From contig NMRA01000647.1 in NCBI GenBank assembly GCA_002633005.1, positions 151,050 to 215,049 of the forward strand: a stretch of DNA of 64,000 nucleotides, written 5' to 3'. Each line of letters starts with the position of its first letter. Positions within the stretch are counted from its first letter, which is position 1. This DNA comes from Phoronis australis. Lineage: Eukaryota > Animalia > Phoronida. The notes under the pieces were generated by a model, which did not search any database, had not been told where the DNA came from, and saw only the letters and a list, made by a program, of their open reading frames with translations. This document shows positions 50,275 through 64,000 of this stretch, in pieces. The position numbers and the translations under genes are program-made.

Positions 50275-51015
50275 TAGCTGCCCTAACCTTGTACTTGTCT
50301 ACTTTTCAGCCCTCTCCTGGCCCCTTGTTCCAACACCTCAGTGGATCACCGGTTACCCGTTCCTGCTTCAACTCCATGTTAACTAAAGTGGTTTCCTTTG
50401 TAGGACTCGACACCAAGGCTTATACGTCTCATAGCTTTCGCATTGGCGCCGCCACCTCTGCGGCCAGCCGGGGCGTCCCTGAACCGGTGATCCAGCGCAT
50501 GGGGCGCTGGAAATCTGACGCACTAAAAAACTACATTCGCATGTCTGCTTTTCCTCTTCCCCAGGCTTCTTGAACTCCTGGTGAGCCTGTTGTTGCAGCT
50601 CCCCACTTCTCTCACTTTGCTTTTCAGCCCCTCCCACTCCTCTGGGTCTGTGGTTTCAGCCCACTAGGTCAGGACTGTTGTTGCAGCCGGCCTCCTCCCG
50701 TTCGCAGGTCTGTTGTTGCAGCCTGTGGCCCAAGGCCTGTAGTTGCAGGCTTCAATTTCTAGTCATTAGTTCTAGTTAACTTTACTTACATTTCGTTATG
50801 TTCTTGTTTTTTATATTCTAGACTTATGTATTCTAATTTCCTGTTATCCTGTTTAGTACCTATATTTTATCATAGTCTAACCTTGTTATTGCCCGGGTTG
50901 CGCTTCCTCGGATGGGCGATGTCAGCATTCCGTGCTGCCATTATGGCGTTTTTTGCATGCCCATCTTGCAGAGTCTTAGTTAGTTTTATCTATTACGTCA
51001 TAATAAATGACAATA
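50275..51015 (+). mobile_element. 3' end of a DIRS/Ngaro-type tyrosine-recombinase retrotransposon
   Basis: ORF ending at 50573 has YTSHSFRIGAAT...IQRMGRWKSDALKNYIR (catalytic HxxR, W and Y of retrotransposon YR). It is followed by a pyrimidine-rich 3' region, repeats and AATAAA near 51002. Confidence 0.88.
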
Positions 51016-51089
51016 TTCTCAATCCTCCTCTTGTTTTACTCTGCAACATAGCTCGTGGCGTACCCCGGGCAAAATAGATTACGATAAAG

Positions 51090-52344
51090 GGTGTTTCTGG
51101 CATCTAAGAAAAATGGACACTCAAACAGAAAATGTAGTTCAGTTTCGACCTGACCAGTGTGACAAAGACAACAAATCCTGTCATCAAATTCTAGAGAACG
51201 AAAACGCCCAACCTCAACCAATAGCTGTACGGTTCCGGTTCTAATTTGAGCAATTGACCTACTAGGCCGAGTTAAGTCTAAAAGCACGTAAGGCTCAACT
51301 TTAAAGACATTCTTCATCAAAACATAGGTTCTTAACTTTGGTTTCGAACGGATTTCAAACAACCACCTATTACAGGCCAAATCATGCAAAATATTCTTAC
51401 AGTGAGATAGATTGACTGAACGTAAGTTATTAAAACAATCCGAAATCCCTAATTCTTCAAAAATGCTCAAAACTTCAGAAGACCAATTAATGGTACAAGT
51501 AGTGTAGTCCCACCAAAATATTCGGTATGTTAGTCTATGATCCTCGAAATTAATAATACGATTCCACATTCTCAAAAGCTCAATTTTCCGCCTAACACTG
51601 GGGAATTCCCACCCCATGTCAACCATAACAGCATGATTAGGAGCGAATTTGTGAACGCCTAAGAAAAATCGCGCGACTCTATTCTGAATGACATCATAAT
51701 CCTGTAGACTAGAGCCGCCCAGACACCTACACAATAATCTCTAACAGGCACAACACACGCATTGAATATTGTAGTGAATGTTCTGTACCTCATATTTTCA
51801 TTCTTTTTAAATTTATTAATTAAAGTACCCAAAGCTCTTCCGGCAGATTCGGACAGAGTTTTAGCAGTTTCAGAAAATGTCAAATGTTCATTTAGAATTA
51901 TTCCTAAATATTTATATTTGGGTACATATTCTAGGTCTTGTCGACCCAACCGAAATGGATATAAACTACGAGAGACATGCTTGGATCTGAAGTGAATAAT
52001 ATTAGTTTTTTTCCTGATTGACAATTAGACTCCATTTAGAGCACCATTTATCAACTATTAATTCAATAAACCCTGTAAATTTTCTTCGCTCTCGGCAAGT
52101 ACCACTATATCATCAGCATAATACAAAGATGAAACATTATCAGCACCGATAGGAATTCCTAAATTTGACTGTTTTAATTCCGTTGCCAAATCATTTATAC
52201 ATAGTGCAAAAAGAGTAGGTGATAAAACATCTCCTTGTTTGACCCCACAAGATGTATAAAACCAGTCCGTAAAGGTATTATCATAACACAGGATTGAGTT
52301 TTGGCATAAATATTTTTAACCGATTCATAAAACTTTCCAACTAT
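51090..52344 (-). mobile_element. Non-LTR retrotransposon, copy 2 (part of a duplicated block)
   Basis: Near-identical to 47441-48692; retains the full C-x2-C...ETELHFLFECP zinc motif; 3' tail absent. Confidence 0.92.
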
Positions 52345-52783
52345 CATAGCATAGCTTTCAGACGTGCTGAGGCTGAAATAAGAATGATTTTTCTATGATC
52401 GAGAGACCCGTGTCTCAGATGTTTTGTTTTTCCAAAACCGCGGATATCGGTGTCAAAAAGAAAGAAATGCGACGATTTTCAAAAGGTGACTTTGATAGCT
52501 GATATCTCTGTGCTAATTAAAAATCTGAGATACGCTTCCCTGAGCATGCAGTGTCAACAAGGGAATACGTAGCTCAAACAAAAAGTCATCCAATGTTTAG
52601 GTTTATTAAAAACCTTATTTTCTTTACAAACTCTGCAAGTTATTAAAAATTAATTTCTCATTTTTCATACTTGTTCTCCCATTTTGAACACACATTTGAC
52701 ACACAGAAAATAGCTGAACAGTCGAAAGCAGTCCGATTTAAAAGACTTGCTCAGCACAGCCAAACATTTAATAAATAGCCAAG

Positions 52784-53003
52784 TAGTACACAGCTTCATT
52801 TTCGTGATATGTTTCAAGGTGCTCTACTCATTCTCAAAGGTACATGAACCAGCATGATGAAAAGGTTAAGGTAACAAGTAAAATATGCATCTGTGAGACA
52901 TGATAGATCAGTGACACAAGGTCTAAAGGCTTGTCACTGTCCCTGTACCTTTGAGAATGAGTAGTGCACCTTGCAACATGTCAGGAAACGAAGCTGTGTA
53001 CTA
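52784..53003. mobile_element. Palindromic MITE (~60-bp arms, TA ends)
   Basis: tagtacacagcttc...ctactcattctcaaaggtaca is inverted as tgtacctttgagaatgagtag...gaagctgtgtacta. Confidence 0.8.
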
Positions 53004-54574
53004 ATTGATTATTTAAAAAATACTAATAAAACTTTATTTTGATGATTTCAACCAATCCTCATTTTGCCACCTGCTAACACTTGAATGATAGAGGCAGGAT
53101 TCAACTAAAATTCATACTCCCTGAGTCACAGAGCGGATATTATGGTTCTTGATGGCTGGACCGGACCTTCCCTACAGCTGGTTAGCTCGCCTAAAGCGTC
53201 TGGTCACGCTTGCCCGTTTAGTAGACTTTGTGTGGAATTTTCAAATATTACTCAAAACATTTGAGGTTTTTCGAAGGTTGTGGAGCATTATTTTGTTTTA
53301 GAGAACTACGTGGGAACGTCAGTTTAATATCTGTTGATAGACCAAAACCGAGTTTGGTCTCTTAGTATATGTTGCTTTTGTTACATGTATGTATCCCCTA
53401 CATATTGAGACCTGCTCACACCCACTAAAATAACGAACGCCCAAAATTTATAAAACTTACTTTAATCGGGGTTATTACAATTGAGTCCAAAATTAATTAA
53501 ATTGTAATTTTTACATTTTGACACCAGTCAATGTGTCATGGATAAACGTACACTTTATTTTACTAATCATGGCGGTAGAGGGCAATGCAATCAAGGAACA
53601 CGTAGAGATACTCGTATGGCGCTGAGTGGGGCTACCTTTAGAACCAAAACATGAGCATTTTAGAACATGTAATTCTACAGTAGGACATCTCATTCTGTGC
53701 AACAAAACCTAAGGGAGGGTCGGCAAATCGGAGAAATCTTGGTCATAGTGAGAATGGGAAGGCTGCAGAGAGGTGAGAGGCGATACTGTCAGCAAAATTC
53801 TACGGAAGGGTGAATAGTTCAAATTCCACACGTTCACTAATTATTTTGCCCTCACCAAAACATGCCAAAACCTTTTCTCTGTGGAATGTTAAGATTTGTA
53901 ACATCCTTGACCGTCTAAATCCACTTTGATAAATGCGTGCATTACAATGGCTACTCTGATTGTCAGTAACTTGAAACAAAGAAAACGTCTTTAATTATTA
54001 AAGCAACAATCGGTCACAAATGAATTTTATCGACCGACTTCATTACATGTTGTTTCCGTTCATCTTTAATTCATGCTTGTCAACAATGCCACGTGTATGC
54101 TTGCGCGAAGTTGGTATACTAGTTTGCTCGTAGTCATGACGACAACTTATCAATTACAGCAGGTAGGAATGGAAATCGATTGCGAATGTAAGCAATCCAC
54201 TCGTAGGTCACGTGGCACGGCTAAAAATTCTTGACACTGAAAAACTATTGTAGATGTGGAAACCACGCCTGGCGGGTGAAGATATGTAGCAGATTTTTCG
54301 GACTTTGTCTCAGGTGGTTTCAGTACTAGTGGGAATCAGCTTAGGTATTCGTACCAAGAAACTGGATACTTCTTATGAATAATATACACATGTCGTTATG
54401 TTAGCAAAGTATTACGCGAGCGTTTCGTCGAATTGTTTCTAGCTATGACGATGTCGCCATATTGAATGAACCTCACTGTCGCTTGTATGCTTGCTCATAC
54501 GACTAACTTAGCAGTTTCGCTTCTTTTAGTTTAGTAGAAAAATTTATATGCCTTTTGAGAAACTTTTGCACAAG

Positions 54575-57500
54575 ATGGGGCTTTGCGGTTCGAAGACTGG
54601 CAATCCCAAAAATGCGACGTTCCATCTGCAAACGTGCCACGACCATGTGGGCGGAATAAATTGTATGGGTCTGAGTGAAGATGGGTCGGTGTTGGCAACA
54701 GGAAGTGAGGATTCCACGGTGCGTCTGTGGAGCACGAAAACCGAAGAGTGCGAGTGTATTGGTATTCTAAAGGGGCACGAAGAATACATCACATATGTAC
54801 TGATTGAGGAGAACTTCGTTGTTACAGCCAGTGCTGACAAAACAATTCGCAAATGGGACATCAGCACGTGCGAATGTGTCGCCAAGTTCATCGGACATCT
54901 GTCGTTGGTAAATCGCGTCATCTGCACTGGGGATTTTATTTTCAGCAGTAGCTACGACAGGACGGCGAGATGTTGGGACTTTGACTCCGAGGAATGCATT
55001 CGAGTTTTCAGTGGACACAAGAGAGGTGTTTATCCCCTTGTCTTCATCCCAGCCGACGGCGAGGACATTACGCCGGAGTCGTTCGACTGGGAGGGCAACA
55101 AAGATTTACTCATTACCGGTTCAGCGGACTTTACTGCGCGATCTTGGTCATTCGAAACTGGTAAGACACTGCGCGTGTTCCGTGGGCACAAGGGGGCGAT
55201 TACAACGATGGGCACAGACCCCACTGGCAAGACCCTGTACACGGGCTCGGCTGACTTTACAGTCATGAGTTGGAATATCATGAAGGGAGAAAAACTGAAA
55301 GTGTTTGATGGCCACGGTTCGGCTGTAATTTGCATGCAGGTAGGTCGTTGCGGTGTAGGGAAATCTGGTACGGGGTGGATGTTATGAGGTGACAAAGTCA
55401 CAATAAGATTATGAGGGTATGTATTTATAACTCTGCGTGTTTAGTCAACTGTACCAATGACGTCATGAAATCTTATTTGATACAAATGTTCAAGATGAGA
55501 CCTCCGAGCGCTGTCACAGTTTCCGGCGTTTTATGCAATTTTTTCGTGAAACTCATAAAAGTCCTATACTTTAACGGTCTCTCCTGTAAATATGGATCAA
55601 TTCAAGACAATTCCTAACATCTAGAGAACAGTACATCAAACACATTTGAAAGTTTCATACGTCTCCAATCAGCAGCTTCCGAGACATACACTGACGTAGT
55701 GCCTCAAAAAGAATTTTATAAATATATTTTGAGAGATTTAATAGCCTTTACTTGTTGCTAAGGAGCAAGCCAAAAATTAAAGAATGTATCTATTTTTCTG
55801 TTATGGGTGTTGTACGTAATGGGTGGAAGACCGTCTCCGCCGTTGTTGTTTTAATCAGTGCGATACTGAGGAGTTGTGAGGAAAGACCGCGGAGAGCCTC
55901 CTTTTTCAGACATGAAAAGGACGTGCGCTTGTGGAGGCTGTAGTAAAAGCAAACTGACTGAGAACGTTTCTGTGTTCAAATTTCTTAATCAAGGAAAAGT
56001 TTCACAGAAATGGCATCGGTTTGTGCGCTGCACGAGAGTGTAGAATGTTAGAGTGGAACATACGTTTCAGTCGGGAGTCACAATTTGTTCGCCGGCTCGA
56101 TTCAAGGAATCGTGTTTCGATCAAACACAAAACGGTGTTACGACGAAGGATTCGCCACGTATTTTGTAAGTGTATTTGCAAATTTTAGAAATAACGAAAA
56201 AACTTCTCCTATTCTAGGGCGAGTGATGCCAGGTCCTCGACCCCGTCCCAGATCGAGTGCTATGACACGTAGGCTTATTCAATGTGTTTAGACCGTGCTC
56301 ATTCCATCATGGCAGTGGTGAATACGAATGACCTAGGTTTACTGTGGCCTTTGTCAGTGATTCTTTAGTGTCCATTTTGTGAATATTGACCACCCCTTGG
56401 TTCATTTGGTTTTTAATTCACGTATGTATGAAGCATTTCTAATGCAAGTGGGTCGAGTTCATTACGGCCTCAAAGTCGATGAAAGTTCGCTAAGTGGGAA
56501 ATCGAATTCATTTTCGGATTCTTCCGTGGTGCCCGTGTCCTCTATCCTCCCTGTCTGCATGAGAATTGTCCAGTTCTCACTCAAAATCATCCTCGTCTCC
56601 TGACCTGCTGTGTTCCGCCATTGCAATTGATTGTCAAGTAACCAAACGTCTTCCATCCATTACGTCATTTGGTGGGAAACTTGGAAATAACTAGTATTTC
56701 TTCAAAATTAAAAATATCGCAACTACATTGGCATGAAAATGGCTTGTTTACTTAGACTTTATGGTATTCATTTCATATTAGCTAACTGAAAAGTCAAAAA
56801 CTATGAAAATGCATGGTGGGAACTCATTAACGAATGGGAAAAGGCATCCTCAGGTTCATCTCTCTGTCTATGCTTCTCCTTTCTCCGCGACCGAACTGTT
56901 TGTGATCTGGAGTTCTGTAGAAACAGGAAACCAAAGAAGAATGTTAACTGTTAGAGAACTAAGTGTTGAATAAGTTTTAGGGGCACTCCCGATTGTAGGA
57001 TGCAAACATAATAAGAACTTTAATGTGCAGTTACATAGCAAAGAAGTTATAAATTTCAAAAGGTCTTCACGAAAACGACCTTTTCTTACTATTTGGGTAA
57101 GAACAACGAATGGGAATACACTTTTGAATTATTAGACTCCATGGCAACCATCTCCCGATGCTCTTACAAAATGGTTATGCGTGCAGTTAGACATCCAGGC
57201 CTGAGCAGGGAGCGCAATCAATCTTTTTTCTCCCAGAAACATCCGCAAACGCTAAAGAAAGCAATCTTCATCTGACAACTATGACGTTACTTTTTGCCAT
57301 GACACTAATCAAATATTTATTCTTGTCTGGTAAAACAACTTATGTTTGCGATGTGCTACGGCGCGTGTTGGCCTATGCGTTCAAATTGGTTCAATATGCA
57401 GCACATCTACAATAGAAATAGGATGTCTACATCTTTTGAGATGAGCGTTTTTACGAAAAAATGACAAATCGCTTTGCATATGAGATTTCTTTTCTCTTTA

Positions 57501-60500
57501 ATTTCAGAGATTTCATAGCTTTCAAACTTTTTTAAATGGTTCAATTCTGACTGTTCAGTATCATCACGTTTGTAGTCACCATAGCGTTAAATGAGTCTGT
57601 TCAGATTGGAATAGTAAATTCCTCGTAGTTAAAAGTAGGCACGTAACAACATGAGTTCGCCTGAATTTTCCATGTCACCACGTACGCTCATTGGGCAACT
57701 TATTTAGGAATTTACACGGGCATAAGTTCAACCAGTGTTTTTCCTAAAACAAATTCACTTGATTATCGATACAGCTCCATTATGATAGTGGGAGCACCTG
57801 GAGAACACATCGATAACCAATAACTTCTAAATAAGCTGCATAATAACTGGGACATAAAACAAAGGCGATATCGATATGAGGTTACTTAAGTCGTTACAAA
57901 ATAGAATCAGGCACTGTTGAGGTTGTTCTGTGTCTTTGTACGGCTTCAATTGTCAATAATTCATAGGAAAGACAATGCACGACCGAGATGTCTTCAACAT
58001 ATGTGTATACATGTACCAGATCCATAAGGCGACAACGTGCTAAATCACGATCGGCGAGAAAAATGATTTTTGTAGATCACGATATATTCGAACTATTCAG
58101 TTCCTCAGCGGTCACAGTCCCGCAGTTTGATTGCGAAGTTTAACCTGAAAATCATAGCATTTTAAGTGTATTTAAAACTGCATTTCGCTCTGTTTAGCAG
58201 ACTCTAAAACGAAAATCGAATTTGACCCTTTACTTTCGCAACTTCGTGAGATGATTCTATGGTTCTATTTTCGGCACCAACGAGAACATCGAAACCATCA
58301 GCGACTGAAAAAAGGCTTCAGAGTTTATTATGGCAATCTTAAAAATTGCGAATTCAGAAATGACTTTTACCGGGTAGTGACTTGAGTTGATAACGGAAAT
58401 GGGACCTATTGTATAAGAGTAGAAGGCTTAATTCGATTTCTGTTTTTAGCCAGCTAAAGAGGGCGGATATGAAGTCACCGGTCTTGATTTCAGCGAATGA
58501 CAATCAATAGATTTCAATGCCGTCAAATGACCACGAGGTAGGCGTACACATGAAGTGTATTTGCATGGTAAAAGTACCTGATGTATGTGAAAGTTCCCAA
58601 GTAATTTAACACTTAACTTCGTCACCATTTTTTCAAAAATCTGAATAGGCCAGAAAAATACATGACTGTGTGTTTCTCGTCTGCGCCGGATGCATATTAA
58701 TTGAAAACAGAGAAAGCGTACCCCTGCTCCATTTTGTTCATTCTTGTTTTTTTCAAACCTCACTCGAAAACGTGCATTGTCGTGGCTTAACAACTCAGGC
58801 ACGCTGTATAGCCAGTGACGTATGGAGGTTTTCTTTAGTGAGGGGACCAAGAAAATGTGAACTCTCCGCCCTGGTCGTTAACAGTATCGAGTCAGGGCTT
58901 CTGATTTTAAATGCTGCTGATGTCAGCTGAACACTTGTTTGTGAGATAGTAAACAAACAGAACAAAACCTCGTCAGTTTTGACATTCACGGACCAGAACC
59001 AAGTATGCGTTTTGGCCTTAAAGATATACCTGATTTTAGAAATTCAAAGCATTGTAGTATGTGACGTTGCATACGTGAAAGGCTGACATCTGTAGTCTAT
59101 CCCAACTGTGGACAGGCAGAGTTACACAAGTAGACCTATGACGTCAGATCTGAACATCCAACTGTATGAGGCAAACCCCTTTGAGCTAGGGGTGTTTTAG
59201 ATAGTCCGGCTTTTATGTAACCAACTGACGATGATGAATATATCAGCAAGGATCGACATTTGTTAACCGAATACATGTTTGTTTTATGTTCCCAATTCTG
59301 GAATTAACTTATTTAAGGCAGTAGCGTTTTTAAAGTTGCATATATTTCAAGCTATATCTCGCTTTTTAGCATGCTAAAGCTGAAAATCGAATTATTATGG
59401 CGAATAGGGCCAATGTGAATCAGTTAAGGCCACGTTTAGTACGCGATTTCATTATAATGCTTGTTACATTTTTTCCATGATCAACGTCACAAGAATGTAC
59501 GTGATCTATTCGCAAACCTTGACCTTGGCAAGTTTAGTGCCTGTGCAGACTGGTCGACATAGGTTAGGCCTAAATAGTCATTTCTTTACATTTTCATTTT
59601 ACTAGAGAGTTGAAAATTTTATTTTATTGGTCAAATACCATGATTCCAAAGTGAATTGAGCTCTATTTTTACAACAAAAGAAGAGACCTAATTTTTAGAA
59701 CATGAGATACAACTAATAACAATAACAACAGTAGTGATATTAGAATAAGTAATGTCTATCGTGCTTATCTTGTCTCTGTTGTAACTACATTGTACTTTTC
59801 CATAAATAGTAATGCACATATTAACAGATATAATCAAACGTATAATGCTTAGCTTTGCTGTGCGGCTACAACTTTGCCGTATAATGGATTCAGATCAATG
59901 AGGATGTACGCTGCAAAAACTTCTTTATTGTATTTTTGATTTCAGCACGTTCTGATTTAAATACTACATACGCACACAGACAAGTGAATAAGCACAACCG
60001 CAGGAAATGCCTTTTAAGAGTTCTCGTCGGAGCATGCATAAATCCAACAACGAGAATACACCTGATTTTAGATAATTACAACCGTAATCAAAATGAATGT
60101 GAATTTATGCTTAATTACGAATTGGGTTAGTTAAATGTCTGGCTTAAGTAATGTGTGTGAACCATGGTAAGTTAGCGATCACTTTTCTCAGAACTGTTTT
60201 GTAGGTAAATAATCCCCAGGGGTATTTAACTTACTTTTAAGAGAACAATGCGTCACACGATTATATGTAGGTCTGTGTACCTGTATAGTCTAGACAGAAG
60301 TTACAGACTCCGTTGTCTTCATGGTATCCAGTATTTCACACATCTCCCTTTCGTCACCACTGAAACGTGACGTGGAGGCAGTTTTTTTGGCAAAAATGAG
60401 CATTTAGTGGAATTTCAGATCGAAAGGTGGCATTGCTAAAGATGCTCTTCCCGGCTATTTATTTTTCATTTGAAATTTCGTAAGCTAAGTTTAATAGAAA

Positions 60501-63500
60501 CAAATTCAGTGAAATTTTTTTCTTGTCAAATTATTTTTTTTTCAAACAGACAACAAACATTTTCAAATTACGCTAAACTTCTTTCAAATTTTATAATCTC
60601 TGGTAGTACTTAGTGAACTTCAGTTTATATGAACTTAGAAAATATGTAGTGAAAAACACAATTGACAAAAACTCGGGTAAAGTGACAAGATTTTAAGGGA
60701 GTCTCGAGCGAGTTTTGAACAGGTGAAATCATACACGCTGGCATGAGACAATCCCCGTGTGCAAAACGCACAAATTCAATCATCAAACTGTATGTGGGAT
60801 GTATTACTGGAGTAAAAATGACATTGTGTAGCTTCATTGATTTTTGAACGTGCATGACGAACATGCACAGAATAAATATTGGAAAACTAAACACTGAACC
60901 GAGGCACTGTAATTTTTAGCTTGAAGCGAACACCCCGCTGGTTGACTACCACATAATTACTCAAATCAAATCAAGAGTGAACTTTAGAATTCTTTGAGCA
61001 CATTTTCATAATTCTAGTCACGTCCAAAGTCATCGACCTGCAATGGAATTGTGTGAGAGCTACACTCATTGTGACTGAGTAGAAAACACTGGGTTAATTT
61101 CCATCCATAATATTTTGAATAGAAATTGAGTAACATTTTGCGATCGATCACCGGCGCTACAATGTTTACTTTTATTTCGTTGCTGCTGCCATGGAACTGA
61201 TGGATATCGAGGCTCCATCAATATGCCCTCATTAGCCGTAGTCACCACACAATACCGTTCGTTGTGGTGACAAAATCTTCGAATTAAGAGTCGGGTGACT
61301 ACAAACACGGAACATGCTAAAATATTTATTATGAAAATGCCAGAGTAACTTAAGTAATCCCTAAAGGCGACTGGAGACCCACAAACATGAATGTTTAGTG
61401 CTTGAGTATAACAATACGTACATGTACAAGTACACTGTGCATGCACTTTATCACACTGCACTTAGATTGAACCCACTGCCTCACATCTTTTTATGTATCG
61501 ATAATGAACATAAAATATGGAAACTGCGTGTTAACTTCCAAATCAAAACATTACAATATCACCTATTTGTAAAAACGTTCCATTAAGCTTTGTGACACTG
61601 CTGTGCACTATAAAATTGCGAAAAGCTGTTATTGGTTTCTGACACCAGACCTTTTCCACTCTTCTTATGAGAAACGGTTTTGAATGACTCGTTGCGATTA
61701 ATTGCTTGTTTCCTTGTAGTTATCGTCTGGTCCCCTCTCACTAAGGCTGTGCAGGACCTTATCAAAAAGAGAGAATTTGACTCTATAAAAGGATGCATTT
61801 TCTGAAAGTATAAAGTCTTTAGAATTTGATTTTTGTTTTTATTCACCACTTGTACAATTTGGTGGCGCTGCAAAAATTATTGTTGTGCATTGTTGTTTGG
61901 TACACAATGCTTCGTTTTAGAATCAATTTTAATTACGCAAACGTGAAAGCGAGCGTTTTCCAAACATGCAGAACCAATGTACTTTATACATAAAGCCTCG
62001 TTTTCGAGCATAATGGGGGGAATTCGTGCGAGTAGTAGATACCAATGTTCCATCAATTGGCTCACGTGATCAGTGGAGCATTTTGAAACAGTTCGTAACG
62101 GCAGTTGGAGAACAGCGCATGAGTGAAACATATAGTATCTAAAAGTTTCATAGAACTCCGATTCGCTACTTATGAGAGCGTGATATTCCAAAGTTAGCCG
62201 GGTTTGGACATTTTCTACGGTAGGGTCTACTACATAACCTTGATTGAAGGAAACGCCTCGGCAATCAATTGATTTTCTACACATTCTGCCCGCATCCTTG
62301 CGTGAGTCGTTTGAACTTTGGCACACGTCCCCCGTTTTCACACTCACATGAAGTGTCTATACACGGTACCAATTTTCAAGCAAATGTGCAGAGACGATTG
62401 TGAATTATCAATAGTTCAGTGTAGCTCTCTACTTCCGTACATATCGATTTCCATCTGCAGTAGAAAGAGAATTGACGTCAGTATAGCGCTGAATATTATT
62501 TTATTAATTTGCATGGGAAGTTGTCGACATAATGCATAATTTATACTAATTGAAAGTACCCAGAATTAGTACATCCCCTTTCTTTTCTTTAGTCATGATC
62601 TTTACATTTACATTGTAAGGACATATTACCCATCATTCCGGATGTTTACAGTACGAGCCTAGCGCTGAGCACCGGATGTACATCGTAAAGGTTTCGACCC
62701 TATGCATTGAATGATGTAACAAACCTGCGCCTAATCTGAAAGAAACAAGTTTTGATTTAGTCCACTTGTTATAAAATCGGTCTTATTTTTTCCTTACTCA
62801 CACGAGAAACATTTTTATGCCTGAGAAGGACTGACTAGTCGTCATGATTGCTTCAGATCAAGTTCATTAAGAGTTGATTTTCACGGTGAGTTAGTTTCAG
62901 TCGCAAATCCAGTATGGCCGTCAGAGAAATTCCGCGAATTTTCTTTGGAAAAACAAATACGCCTGTGAAGAATATTGACGTTTACAACAACGCAACAGGG
63001 TTTAGCTCCTTTAAAAGAAAACACAAACTGTACAATAACTGGCTTTGTGTTTTATTAGAAAATAACTAGGCGAATAATTAATACAACCTAGACATCAGAT
63101 CTAAACTGGAGTAAGGTCCGAGCATCTTACTTCGTAATGCCTGCGTGGCGGTCATATTTCAAAATCTTCAGTCAATCTTTGTGATTTTCCATTAAATTTG
63201 TTAATGCAGAATGATAACACAAGTTTAGATGTCACTTTGAAAAAATTCAGTACCAACGGTTAATGTGATATGACACTTTTGTCTGTAGCCTCAAATACAT
63301 TGAAAAGTTAATTGCCAAACTCTGAGTGTAATAGCAAAATCGTGTATAATAAGAGACTGAGATTTTAATTGAGAATAGTCCTAACCCTCTACGATTTTCC
63401 TGAATGTTATGACGGACCCCAGCGATTGATTACACTGGTATTTTGCAACCGCCCCGCCACTCCAGCGACAAAATTGAAATTTCATTGTGTATTGGAGGTT

Positions 63501-63875
63501 TCAGGTGAAACTGTTAGGTTACGAACGGTTTTGATTGTGACCTCAGAGAGAAAAAATTGTGTACTAGCTATCAGAAAAGCACCCCTTTCTACTTCAGAGT
63601 AACAATTCACAACATTTTTTATCTTATAGTACTTTGACATCCCCATAGAACGAGTCTTTGACTGAGCGGGCCGACATTTTGAAATATTTTTCAACAAATA
63701 AATTAATTAGAAAACTTATAATCAACTTCTTTGCTGCAGGTCGTAAATAAGATCATCTATACCGGAAGTTCGGACCATACTGCCAGAAGTTGGGTGGCAG
63801 AGTTCGGCGACTGCACAAGAACGTACAAGAGTCATCGACACAGTGTGGCGTGTCTTAAATATTACAATGGTCTAG
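54575..63875 (+). CDS. WDR86: WD repeat-containing protein 86, partial. Exons 54575-55339 and 63740-63875; continues beyond the window
   Basis: DHVGGINCMGLSEDG..LATGSEDSTVRLWS, FSSSYDRTAR, LLITGSAD, VICMQ|VVNKIIYTGSSDHTARSW follow human WDR86 as recalled. Phase-0 intron of 8.4 kb. An upstream in-frame ATG exists at 54548. Confidence 0.9.
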
Positions 63876-64000
63876 GTACGTCTCCTTTTTACCTTATATA
63901 AACCTACAACTGCGTTCCCGCATGCTTTTGTACCTCGCAAAAGAGATAAAGACGTTGATATCAAAAATAGTTGGTGGGTAAATTTTCGGCGGCGAAACCA

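Noticed and set aside
49499-50386. Long ORFs of 253-295 aa
   Set aside because: Artefacts of translating through Ns.
55400-63700. Many short ORFs and TTAA-flanked fragments in the 8.4-kb WDR86 intron
   Set aside because: No coherent nested gene or splice chain. Looks like decayed DNA-transposon debris whose boundaries I could not define reliably.

Overview
This is eukaryotic genomic DNA, AT-rich and intron-containing, most consistent with a marine invertebrate bilaterian. It has two assembly gaps (45777-45909, 49554-50274). Spliced genes reconstructed from GT-AG boundaries are: three paralogous multi-pass membrane genes of the TspO-like uncharacterised family (one +, two -) flanking a CLN8 orthologue; a C7orf57-like gene head-to-head with METTL21A; the 5' part of WDR86; and a probable first coding exon of an unidentified minus-strand gene at the left edge. 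Intergenic and intronic DNA is dense in transposon debris: a Helentron/HINE-like element, several MITE families, LINE fragments and a DIRS/Ngaro tyrosine-recombinase fragment. Most notable observations: (1) the HINE-like element carries a tandem array with a CTCF-like motif in every monomer, with dispersed remnants elsewhere; (2) the TspO-like duplicates keep a conserved promoter with D-boxes and show a probable gene-conversion tract; (3) an L1/Tx1-type fragment is flanked by a ~365-bp direct duplication. No clearly new multi-gene system is proven from sequence alone. All identities and homologies are by-eye or from recall, not from database searches.
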